DNA from: Planctomycetota bacterium
GTDB lineage: Bacteria; Planctomycetota; Planctomycetia; Gemmatales; HRBIN36
Assembly (NCBI GenBank): GCA_014584395.1
Contig: JACTMY010000006.1
Coordinates: forward strand, 59,800 to 123,799
Direction: 5' to 3'
DNA length: 64,000 bases
Positions 8,303-15,522 of this stretch are shown here, in pieces. The position numbers were made by a program, and so were the translations under genes. The notes under the pieces were generated by a model that ran no database searches, had not been told where the DNA came from, and was given only the letters and a program-made list of their open reading frames with translations. Position 1 is the stretch's first letter. Each line of letters begins with the position of its first letter.

Positions 8303-9225
8303 TTCTCCAAGGAACGCACGACATACGCCGCGTAGCTATCAAGGATTGCCTGCCAGCCGGATCGCTGCATCTCCACGGGATTGCTCTGCTCCGGGTCGAA
8401 TACGGTCTGCACACGTGTGCCGATCCCTTCCGGGGTAAAGGTGGTGCGGACGCCACGGCCATCATCGAGACGCAACGTCACGGCGTGAGGGGCGTCCACC
8501 TCTTCGTAAGTGCCTTCGTACTCGAAGCCGAAGGAACCATCGCGGGCCTCCATGCGGGAGACATGCCGACCACCCACACGCAGATCGACCTGGGACCACG
8601 GGCAATGCCAGTCGGGGCTGGCCTGGTTCCACTGCGTGATGGCCTCAGGTGTATTGAACGCTTGCCACGCCTGCTCGGGCGGAACGGGAACGAATGCCTC
8701 GATGGTGATGGGTTGCGACATGGCCTGTCCTTGTGAGTTGGGAGGTTGGTGTCCTCGGCGTGCCGCATCAATGGCGGCAACGTCAATCTTGCGCATGGTC
8801 ATCATGGCGGCAAAAGCCCGTTTGGCTTCGTCTCCACCGGCGGCCAATGCCTCGGTCAGCGTGCGCGGGATAATCTGCCAGTTGACACCCCAGCGGTCTT
8901 TGCACCACCCGCATTCGCTTTCCTGTCCGCCATTTCCCACAATCGCGTTCCAGTAGCGATCGGTTTCTTCCTGATCCTCCGTGGCGATCTGGAACGAAAA
9001 CGCCTCCGTCTGCGGGAACATTGGCCCGCCGTTCAGCCCGATGCACCGGACGCCACACACGGTGAACTCGACGACGAGCACCTCGCCCGCCTTGTTGCCG
9101 GGGTTGTCCATTGGCGAGCGGTGGATCGCACCCACGTGGCTATCGGGAAAGACTGAGGCGTAGAACCGGGCGGCTTGCTCGGCTTCGCGGTCGTACCAGA
9201 TGCAAATGGTGTTTTTGGCGATCAT
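8299..9225 (-). CDS. Fusion protein: VOC/PhnB-like (3-demethylubiquinone methyltransferase-like) domain plus SRPBCC/AHSA1 domain
   Basis: ATG at 9225 is preceded by AGGAG. The N-terminal half (IAKNTICIWYD...GWCKDRWGVNWQI) is PhnB/VOC-like. The C-terminal half (ITIEAFVPVPPEQAWQAFNTPEAITQW...) is Aha1/SRPBCC-like. No stop codon lies between the two halves. The 84-codon upstream extension shown in the track was rejected. Confidence 0.65.
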   Translation of the reverse strand: MIAKNTICIWYDREAEQAARFYASVFPDSHVGAIHRSPMDNPGNKAGEVLVVEFTVCGVRCIGLNGGPMFPQTEAFSFQIATEDQEETDRYWNAIVGNGGQESECGWCKDRWGVNWQIIPRTLTEALAAGGDEAKRAFAAMMTMRKIDVAAIDAARRGHQPPNSQGQAMSQPITIEAFVPVPPEQAWQAFNTPEAITQWNQASPDWHCPWSQVDLRVGGRHVSRMEARDGSFGFEYEGTYEEVDAPHAVTLRLDDGRGVRTTFTPEGIGTRVQTVFDPEQSNPVEMQRSGWQAILDSYAAYVVRSLEK

Positions 9226-9280
9226 GAGTACTCCTGTCGGGATGGTTCTATTGTGCGATTGTTGACAACGGTGATGGTTT

Positions 9281-9664
9281 TCAGCGCGCTTGCTCATCGG
9301 GCTGAAAGATACCGAAGGTGTTGCCCGCGGGGTCAATGAAGTAGCCCTGCCAGCAGCGTCCGGGAACAGCAAACTTCGGCATGGCTTCGCGACCGCCTCC
9401 GCGGATAATTGACTCAGCGGTGGAGTCGAAGTCGTTGACTTGGATGGAACACACGAAGGCGTTCGTCCCACAGCCATCAGGCGGTGTTGAGGCGGGACGT
9501 TTCAGCAGGCCCCCGGCGATTCCCGTGGTCTCGATGCGCCAATACTCGACCGGCAAGCCATCCTGCCTGAGGAACCGCCAGCCGAACAGAGTGCCGTAGA
9601 ACGTGGCCAACGCCTGCGGATCAGCGGCTTGAATCTCGAAGTAGCTGATATTGTTCATACTCAT
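9281..9664 (-). CDS. VOC family (glyoxalase/bleomycin-resistance fold) protein
   Basis: 127 aa with ISYFEIQAADPQALATFYGTLFGW...GYFIDPAGNTFGIF, typical of VOC proteins. Confidence 0.75.
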   Translation of the reverse strand: MSMNNISYFEIQAADPQALATFYGTLFGWRFLRQDGLPVEYWRIETTGIAGGLLKRPASTPPDGCGTNAFVCSIQVNDFDSTAESIIRGGGREAMPKFAVPGRCWQGYFIDPAGNTFGIFQPDEQAR

Positions 9665-10284
9665 CTTCGGCTTCCTGATTTGAGAAGAGGGAATAGTTGC
9701 TCGACATAACGCTTCAAATGCCTAATCGCCTCATGCACGACCTGTGGATCGTTCAAGGCTTTTGCGAGCACGAAGGCCCCTTGCAGCACGACTTGCGTTT
9801 GCTGCGCCAAGCTCTCGGCAGTCCACTTGGCCTGCGGAGCATACTTGGCCTTGGCAGCTCGGATCGTCGGTATCAGTGTTTGTATGTGCCCGTGCATCCC
9901 GGCGCCGCACGCCGCCTGAAGTACCGGGTGGCTGGCAAACGTCTCCTGCACCAAAGTCCCGAGCAAACAAGTAAATTCGGGGAGTTCTCCCCGCACGAGT
10001 TCCCCTCGGAAGTCGAGGTACGCCAACAGTCGCGCCCGGGGATCCTCCACCTGCCAGTACGGTGCGTTGGCGAACAACGCTCCCGTGAAACTGTTCCAAT
10101 ACTCAATCGCTGCAAGCGCGACCGATTCCTTGCTTTCGAAGTGGTGAAAGAAGGCTCCTTTGGTGACACCAGCCGCACGGCACAAATCATCCACCGTTGT
10201 TGCGGCGTAGCCCTGACAACGAAAGACATTCAATGCAGTTCCAAGAATCCGCTGCCTGGTTTGTTCTCCACGAGTGTCTGACAT
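9661..10284 (-). CDS. TetR/AcrR family transcriptional regulator
   Basis: It has an N-terminal TetR HTH (RQRILGTALNVFRCQGYAATTVDDLCRAAGVTKGAFFHHFESKE). It overlaps the next gene by 4 nt. Confidence 0.85.
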   Translation of the reverse strand: MSDTRGEQTRQRILGTALNVFRCQGYAATTVDDLCRAAGVTKGAFFHHFESKESVALAAIEYWNSFTGALFANAPYWQVEDPRARLLAYLDFRGELVRGELPEFTCLLGTLVQETFASHPVLQAACGAGMHGHIQTLIPTIRAAKAKYAPQAKWTAESLAQQTQVVLQGAFVLAKALNDPQVVHEAIRHLKRYVEQLFPLLKSGSRR

Positions 10285-10291
10285 GATATAA

Positions 10292-10313
10292 ACATACCAA
10301 CTGGTTGGTATGT
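10292..10313. promoter_or_regulatory. Candidate TetR operator: perfect 10-bp inverted repeat ACATACCAAC-tg-GTTGGTATGT
   Basis: The palindrome lies 8 nt upstream of the tetR start codon (10284, minus strand), at the head of the tetR-VOC-fusion-dinB operon. Confidence 0.6.
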
Positions 10314-10354
10314 GTTCAAGGCCATTTTGGGGATTTTTTGCGTCCCCTGAGTCG

Positions 10355-11040
10355 AGGAGCAGTGGATCGACTTCAAGAACTTCTTCATCGACACCTTCTA
10401 CCTACCGGGTGGTCTGCGGCCTGGCCCGCTTCCTCAACGACGCCTGGGCCGGCATCCCGGTCGCCTGGGTCGAGACGGTCAGCTTCCTCGGCACCGCCTG
10501 GACGAACTTCATCGGCGTCTTGCAGAAGGCGTGGAACCGCTTCAGCGGCTTCTTCAAGAAGGTGTGGGCGCGGGTCAAGAGCGTGTTCACCGGCAAGGAC
10601 GCCGGCGAGGAGATCGCCCGCATCAACGACGAGATCGCCGCCGAGGACAACGCCATCAACGCTCGCCGGGACGCCGCCGTCAACGAACGGGAGACGGAAC
10701 GTCAACGCCGCCGAGCGGCCATCGAGGGCGAACGCGCCGGGGTCGAGGACGAACTCAACCGCATGCAGCAGGCCGAGCGGGCCGAGCGCGAGAAGCGCAA
10801 GCAGGAGACGCTCGCGGCCGGCGAGGCCGACATCGCCGCCGCCCGCAAGGAGTGGGAGGAAGCCCTGGCCGAGGCCAAGCGGAAGCGCGAGGAGGCCGAC
10901 GCCCGGCTTCCAGGGGGCCGTCGGCGTGGTCTGCCCGGACCTGTGCCGGGGCGAAAGCACGTCAGGCGAGGGGTGCGACTGCCCGTCGGCGGAATCGGTG
11001 CCGGCCGTCGTGCTCTTTGGAGTCATGGACTCACTAGCTC
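10355..11040 (+). pseudogene. Phage tail tape-measure protein fragment
   Basis: This is a GC-rich segment. Its coiled-coil, Ala/Glu/Arg-rich translation (FIGVLQKAWNRFSGFFKKVWARVKSVF...INDEIAAEDNAINARRDAAVNERETERQRRRAAIEGERAG...AAARKEWEEALAEAKRKREEA) is typical of tape-measure internal regions. There is a frame change near 10397, and neither a credible N-terminus nor C-terminus. Confidence 0.5.
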
Positions 11041-11049
11041 GAATAGGGC

Positions 11050-11081
11050 TTGACTCTGTAGTATGGTACAGGGTCGATAAT
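11050..11081 (+). promoter_or_regulatory. MerR-type promoter/operator: TTGACT, a 19-20 bp spacer containing the dyad CTGTAg-tatg-gTACAG, then GATAAT
   Basis: The layout closely mirrors the Tn21/Tn501 mer operator (TTGACTCCGTACATGAGTACGGAAGTAAGGT, quoted from memory). An over-long spacer is the hallmark of MerR-activated promoters. It lies 26 nt upstream of the merR ATG. Confidence 0.6.
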
Positions 11082-11106
11082 GGAGAAAGACGAAGGAAGC
11101 CAGACC

Positions 11107-11535
11107 ATGACCATCAAGCCATTGACCATCGGGCAGGTTGCCCGGCGTTCCGGCGTGGGCATCGAGACGGTGCGGTTCTACGAACGGGAAGGACTGCTTG
11201 CCAAGCCGGAACGCACCGTGTCTGGCTATCGGCAGTTCGATGAGGAAGTCATTGCCCGCTTGCTGTTCATTCAGCGTGCGAAGGAACTCGGTTTCACGCT
11301 TAACGAAATCAAGGAACTTCTTTCCTTGCGGATTGATCCCGACACGTCTTGCGACGATGTGAAGGCCAGAGCAGAAATCAAGATTGCCGACATTGAGGAC
11401 AAAATCAGGACATTGCAGCGGATGAAGAAAGCACTGGTACGGCTGACCCAAGAGTGTTGCGAAAAAGGCGGCGGTTCGGAGTGTCCCATCCTTGACGCAC
11501 TGGATGGACACCCCCGCAGTTCAAGAAAGGAATAA
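11107..11535 (+). CDS. merR: MerR family heavy-metal-responsive transcriptional regulator (Hg-type Cys triad)
   Basis: ATG at 11107 with GAAGGAAG upstream. It has an N-terminal MerR HTH (LTIGQVARRSGVGIETVRFYEREGLL). Cysteines lie at the MerR-like positions (..DTSCDD.., ..QECCEKGGGSECP..). The stop overlaps the next ATG (TAATG). Confidence 0.8.
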   Translation: MTIKPLTIGQVARRSGVGIETVRFYEREGLLAKPERTVSGYRQFDEEVIARLLFIQRAKELGFTLNEIKELLSLRIDPDTSCDDVKARAEIKIADIEDKIRTLQRMKKALVRLTQECCEKGGGSECPILDALDGHPRSSRKE

Positions 11536-12710
11536 TGAGCATGACAACTACCACAGCGACGGCTACGGATTGCCCGAAGTGCGGCAAGAAGGGAAAGACC
11601 GTCAAGCCTGTGACCCTTCGGGCGTTGCTCAAGGATGAGTACGCTGCGGCGGTTGCCGTTGCAGACGAGTCGAATTGCGAATCCGGTTGTACCCCTTCCA
11701 AAGGAAATACCGGCTGGCGGTTTTGTGACTCGCCCGAATGCGACGTGGTGTACTTCGGGGAGCAGAACGGTATCACGTTCACCAAAGATCAACTCAAGGT
11801 TGCAGTCGGTGTGAAGGAAACAACGGGGGAACGCCCCCTTTGCTATTGCTTCGGTCACTCCGTCGCCACGATCACCAGCGAACTTCGACTGAAAGGCCAG
11901 TCGGACGCCTTGGCGGACATTCGCACAAAGATGAAAGACCCCGGCTGTTCGTGCGAGGTCACGAATCCGTCCGGGTCATGCTGTCTTGGCACTGTCGCCA
12001 AAGGCATCGAAACTGCAAAGGCTGAACTCACCCCGATAGCCCCCGTCATTTCATCAGGAAACAAGGCCGAGACGATTACAAAAATTGGAACGGTCCTGTC
12101 GGCAATCATCGCCTCAAGCTGCTGCTGGTTGCCGTTGCTGCTGTTGGCCTTCGGCGTCTCAGGAGCGGGAATCGCCGGGGCGTTGGAAGCGTATAGACCG
12201 CTCTTCATCGTGCTGACCTTCGGCTTCTTGGCGGCGGCGTTCTACTTTACCTACCGCCCCCGAAAGTCACCCACCACGGAAAGCAACTGCTGTTCCACCG
12301 CCCATGACTGCTGTGCCGTTCCGCAAAAGGAAACTAAGCAGCGGTTCTCCATGATAACCATGAACAAGATCATGCTATGGGGCGTGACGCTGCTGGCGGC
12401 GCTGTTTCTATTTTTCCCGAAGTACGTCAGCTTCTTCATGGCGAGCCAAGAGGCTGAAAGCGAAACCACGGCCACAAGCCCGCTTGTCACAAAGACGACC
12501 ATCGCCATCGAAGGGATGACCTGCGAAGGTTGCTCCGTCGCTCTGGAAAAATCAATCAGAGGCGTGCCGGGAGTGTTGAGTGCCAAAGTGGATTTCAAGA
12601 ACAAGCAAGCCGTGGTGTCCACCGAAGCCTGTTGTCCATTCCCTCAAGATCAAATCCTCAAAGCTATCGAAGATGCCGGGTTCGCAGGATCGTTGGTAAC
12701 GCCTCAGTGA
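11535..12710 (+). CDS. Three-domain fusion: N-terminal Cys-rich metallochaperone-like domain (CopZ-N-terminal/2Fe-2S-like), MerT-like transporter and C-terminal HMA (MerP-like) domain
   Basis: aa 12-152 carry CPKCG, CESGC, CDSPEC, CYC, CSC and SCC clusters. aa about 185-300 align with MerT: the TM1 vicinal pair SSCCWLPLLLLAFGVSGAG, then EAYRPLF, a loop with NCCSTAHDCC, and a third TM ending FFPKYVSFF. aa 320-391 carry the HMA motif GMTCEGC. Confidence 0.75.
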   Translation: MSMTTTTATATDCPKCGKKGKTVKPVTLRALLKDEYAAAVAVADESNCESGCTPSKGNTGWRFCDSPECDVVYFGEQNGITFTKDQLKVAVGVKETTGERPLCYCFGHSVATITSELRLKGQSDALADIRTKMKDPGCSCEVTNPSGSCCLGTVAKGIETAKAELTPIAPVISSGNKAETITKIGTVLSAIIASSCCWLPLLLLAFGVSGAGIAGALEAYRPLFIVLTFGFLAAAFYFTYRPRKSPTTESNCCSTAHDCCAVPQKETKQRFSMITMNKIMLWGVTLLAALFLFFPKYVSFFMASQEAESETTATSPLVTKTTIAIEGMTCEGCSVALEKSIRGVPGVLSAKVDFKNKQAVVSTEACCPFPQDQILKAIEDAGFAGSLVTPQ

Positions 12711-12850
12711 ACCGCGTGATTTCTCAAATCGTCGATCCTGTCGTCCAGTACCGCACCCAGAACATCGGCGACGACATCTAGTCGCTGGCTTTTGAATATT
12801 TCCTGCCCCGTGTTGATTTGCGGATGAGTAACCTATCGACTCTCCGCTGT

Positions 12851-13156
12851 TCACGGGTTGTCATGCGGCGGCACAAGCGCCACTTTCTGCCATTGCTGAT
12901 TTTCCGTCTCCGGTCCACGAACATTGACACTGTCAATTCGCCGCACGGCCACGATCCCGGGTATACGGTGCAGTGTCCGCCCGATGACCGCGTGGGTCGT
13001 CCGGATCGGATCGACTGCGGTGACGTTCTCGTACAGATCGCGTACATACTCCTGGGGATACGCGGTCATGATGGCTTGAATGACATTATGGGAATCGAAC
13101 GAGTCGGGCATCCGACTGACGACGATCGCAAGAATCGAATCAGTCAGGTGTGTCAT
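12851..13156 (-). CDS. Hypothetical protein (101 aa)
   Basis: ATG at 13156 is preceded by GAGGAG at good spacing. The amino-acid composition looks natural, while the 143-aa ORF on the opposite strand looks like a shadow. I recognised no family. Confidence 0.5.
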   Translation of the reverse strand: MTHLTDSILAIVVSRMPDSFDSHNVIQAIMTAYPQEYVRDLYENVTAVDPIRTTHAVIGRTLHRIPGIVAVRRIDSVNVRGPETENQQWQKVALVPPHDNP

Positions 13157-13351
13157 TGTCGGCTCCTCAACATGGGTTTCACCGGTGAACTGACAACCTC
13201 ACGGCTGGACTCCAGAACGACCGGCACACTCTCTACCCGCGAGAACTGAGAAATCGCTGCGAGCAAAGCACTATTTTGAAGAAGATATGAAGATTTTCAA
13301 GGCGGCTGCTTCCGCCCCGCTCCGCGACGCCGTTCGGAGGTTCGTGGACTC

Positions 13352-13700
13352 ATGAAGCTCGCCGCGCTCTGCTGCACGTTCCACCGGCCGCACCTGCTCA
13401 GCCAGTTGGTCGAGTCGTTCCTCCGCCAGGACTACCTGCGGCACCTGCGGGAGTTGGTCATCCTCGAAAACGCCGGCTACCGCGACCTGGGCAAGAAGGC
13501 CACCAAGGGCAGGCACAAGCTCCAGCCCGGCTGGCCCCGTGACTTCACCAAGCTGCCCGTGGTCAAGCGGTTCACTTGCGCCCCGCACGTCTCCCACCGC
13601 GACGGCTAGTTGCCGGTCGAGTTGATCGGCCCGGTCCACGCCCCCGGCCGCGACGGCCCGACCAACGGCATGTACGCCCTGCAAAAGGAACTCCGTTAGC
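13352..13700 (+). pseudogene. Glycosyltransferase gene scraps (GT2-like N-terminus plus an unrelated C-terminal scrap)
   Basis: MKLAALCCTFHRPHLLSQLVESFLRQDY..RELVILENAG resembles a GT2 N-terminus but degenerates after about 45 codons. The following frame reads LPVELIGPVHAPGRDGPTNGMYALQKELR*. The segment is GC-rich like the phage fragments. Confidence 0.4.
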
Positions 13701-13983
13701 TAACGCAGACACTCGCCGACCATCGACCCGCTGTCCTTCCGAAGAGGGTGCGGTTCGCCCGTGACCAACCGAACGGTTGGCCGCTCGGGAGCGATGCCGA
13801 CAAGGCTATAACCCGAACGTGGGAACAGGGCCGAGACACCGAGAGTTTCCCCGATCCCTCCGGGCCAGTAGTCGTGGGTATGTCTCCACCCCAGCATGGG
13901 GAGAGACAACGGCAGAGCCTCGGGTGACGGGTAAACCCTTGCGGTGATGGGCGTAAAACGCGGAGGTGAGGCGATGAAAGTCT

Positions 13984-14010
13984 CCGACCCGGCGTGAACC
14001 GCCGGGTCGG
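13984..14010. other. Perfect GC-rich hairpin CCGACCCGGC-gtgaacc-GCCGGGTCGG, 26 bp from the tRNA 3' end
   Basis: The inverted repeat was read directly from the sequence. Neither side has a clear U-tract. Its function is unknown; it may be an attachment-site or terminator remnant. Confidence 0.3.
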
Positions 14011-14035
14011 GAAGTTGCTTGGAGCGTTGGGTCAG

Positions 14036-14108
14036 TACCCCCGGCAGGATTCGAACCTGCGACCCTCGGTTTAGGAAACCGATGCTCTATCCCCTGAGCT
14101 ACGGGGGC
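14036..14108 (-). tRNA. tRNA-Arg (anticodon CCT)
   Basis: The reverse complement folds as a cloverleaf: GCCCCCG TA GCTC AGGGGATA GAGC A TCGGT TTCCTAA ACCGA GGGTC GCAGG TTCGAAT CCTGC CGGGGGT A. That is 73 nt with a GTTCGAATC T-loop, anticodon CCT and a G1-U72 wobble. CCA is not encoded. Confidence 0.9.
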
Positions 14109-14233
14109 GCGGTATCACCATTCTATGGGTTGACTTGCCGCCGCGACAGCATTCCTTGCTTGGCCATCGCGGGTTCCATTGAACGTTCCACGGCGTCGTG
14201 TGGTCGCTCATCTCATGGATAGACCGCCCACCA

Positions 14234-14764
14234 TCATTTGGCGTTCGGTGGATGGGGTTGCCAGGCAAACAGGGCCAGGGCTAAGAACGCGCACAGCAGC
14301 GTGACCATGTCGCAGATCAAGCTGTAGTTATGCAGCAGACTGAACGATGTCTCTGCCAGCTTGGCTTTTTCCACGTCCTGATCGTAACGCTGCAGCCGCA
14401 CTTCATGGACCTTGGGCGCGAAGACGACCAGGTTCAGCGTCGCCAGCCCCAAGGCCAGGCCGAGCAGGCCAATCCGTGTCTTCTGTATGAAGCCCGGACT
14501 AGAGTAGAGCAGCAGGCCCGTCAGGGTGGCGACCACGCCGCAGGCCACTTGCCAGGGAAAATACCGGGCGAACACCACATCCAGAGCCTCCCCCGCCATG
14601 CGAACGCCCTGCTTCTCATCGGTAAATCCGGCCCAATTGCCCGCCGTGGAGGCTAATTCACGCATCCGAGCAATGATCGGCAAGGCCGTGAAGAATCCGA
14701 AAAAAGTGCTCGAACCAACCCACAAGCCCAACGACAACATGTGCAGCATTTTGATCCAATTCAT
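14234..14764 (-). CDS. DUF4149-like integral membrane protein
   Basis: ATG at 14764 is preceded by AAGGAG. The 177-aa protein has four hydrophobic helices (MNWIKMLHMLSLGLWVGSSTFFGFF...). The 316-aa form in the track has an Arg/Pro-rich N-terminal extension that overlaps plsY and was rejected. Confidence 0.6.
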   Translation of the reverse strand: MNWIKMLHMLSLGLWVGSSTFFGFFTALPIIARMRELASTAGNWAGFTDEKQGVRMAGEALDVVFARYFPWQVACGVVATLTGLLLYSSPGFIQKTRIGLLGLALGLATLNLVVFAPKVHEVRLQRYDQDVEKAKLAETSFSLLHNYSLICDMVTLLCAFLALALFAWQPHPPNAK

Positions 14765-14808
14765 GGGTTGGACTCCTTCTCGATGACGACTTCGAAAACG
14801 AAACCAAT

Positions 14809-15522
14809 TTAGGATGCCGGTTGATGAACTTCGATATTGCTCGAATCGGTATTGGCGCGTTGGCCTATTTTCTGCTCCGTGCCTTGCCAAAGGCGGAGCA
14901 TGTTGCCGCGGTGCCGCCACAGCACCAATCCCGCTCCCAGGATGCAGAATAGCGTCAGTGCACGCTGTTCGGGTTGCAGCGCGGCTGAACCGACCTCCAT
15001 GAAGCGGGCGGCAAGGAGCACGATGGCCGCTACGATGGCTCCCAGGGAAACATAGCGAAAGCCCAGCAACAAAACGACGAAGGCGGCCACGGCGGCGAGG
15101 GTGGGAATGGGCAGCAGCAGAACAAAGACGCCTGCTCCAGTGGCCACGCCCTTGCCGCCGCGAAAACCAATGTAAATGGGCCACAAGTGTCCGAGCAGGG
15201 CCGCCAAGCCGACCAAGGCGGCGATTTCATCAAGGGGTATGCCCGACGGTCCAGGGTTGATCGGCACCCAGGCCCAGCGAATCGCGGCAACCGGCAATGC
15301 CCCTTTGAGGAAGTCCAACAGAAAGACGATGGGAAACCACTTCCAACCCAAGACGCGGCCGACGTTGGTCGCGCCGATATTGCCGCTGCCTTTGGAGCGA
15401 ATATCGATGCCGCCGACGATCAGGGCCACCAGGTAGCCGAAGGGGATGGCGCCGATGAAATAGGCCGCCACAATCACCAAGACGATGAGCAAATCCATGA
15501 CATTCTCGAGGCACGATGCCAT
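14809..15522 (-). CDS. plsY: Glycerol-3-phosphate acyltransferase PlsY
   Basis: It carries PlsY motifs: YFIGAIPFGYL, SGNIGATNVGRVLG and GGKGVATGAG. The ATG at 15522 overlaps the stop of the upstream GT4 gene by 1 nt. Confidence 0.85.
   Translation of the reverse strand: MASCLENVMDLLIVLVIVAAYFIGAIPFGYLVALIVGGIDIRSKGSGNIGATNVGRVLGWKWFPIVFLLDFLKGALPVAAIRWAWVPINPGPSGIPLDEIAALVGLAALLGHLWPIYIGFRGGKGVATGAGVFVLLLPIPTLAAVAAFVVLLLGFRYVSLGAIVAAIVLLAARFMEVGSAALQPEQRALTLFCILGAGLVLWRHRGNMLRLWQGTEQKIGQRANTDSSNIEVHQPAS

Larger units (their letters stand above)
1..14035. mobile_element. Degraded lambda-like prophage / genomic island abutting the 3' end of tRNA-Arg(CCT); the left boundary lies beyond the window start
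   Basis: Several truncated or frameshifted phage structural and packaging genes (terminase, gpW-like, portal, tape measure) alternate with lower-GC cargo genes. The block ends exactly at the 3' end of a tRNA gene. No integrase or att repeat is visible in the window. Confidence 0.6.

Noticed and set aside
9226-9477. 84-codon upstream extension of the VOC-SRPBCC fusion ORF.
   Set aside because: It overlaps the 3' end of the upstream VOC gene and is Ser/Pro/Thr-rich junk. The ATG at 9225 has a perfect AGGAG.
10305-11243. 312-aa plus-strand ORF (Ser/Pro/Arg-rich) and 213-aa minus-strand ORF across the tape-measure fragment.
   Set aside because: These are alternative frames of the same GC-rich segment. 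Only the 10310..11053 frame gives the coiled-coil Ala/Glu/Arg tape-measure-like sequence. The 312-aa ORF also runs through the MerR promoter and merR start.
13700-14019. Possible structured RNA: a GATGAAAGTC motif and a GGGTAAACCC element vaguely recalled RNase P RNA or group II intron domain V.
   Set aside because: Neither the RNase P universal GGAAAGUCCGG core nor a domain V AGC-triad helix could be assembled by eye, and the flanking pairings do not fit. It is kept only as an unexplained hairpin-rich spacer.
14765-15184. N-terminal 139 codons of the 316-aa ORF 14234..15184 (Arg/His/Ser-rich).
   Set aside because: This part overlaps plsY on the same strand in another frame and looks non-protein-like. 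An internal ATG at 14764 with AAGGAG gives a coherent 177-aa membrane protein.
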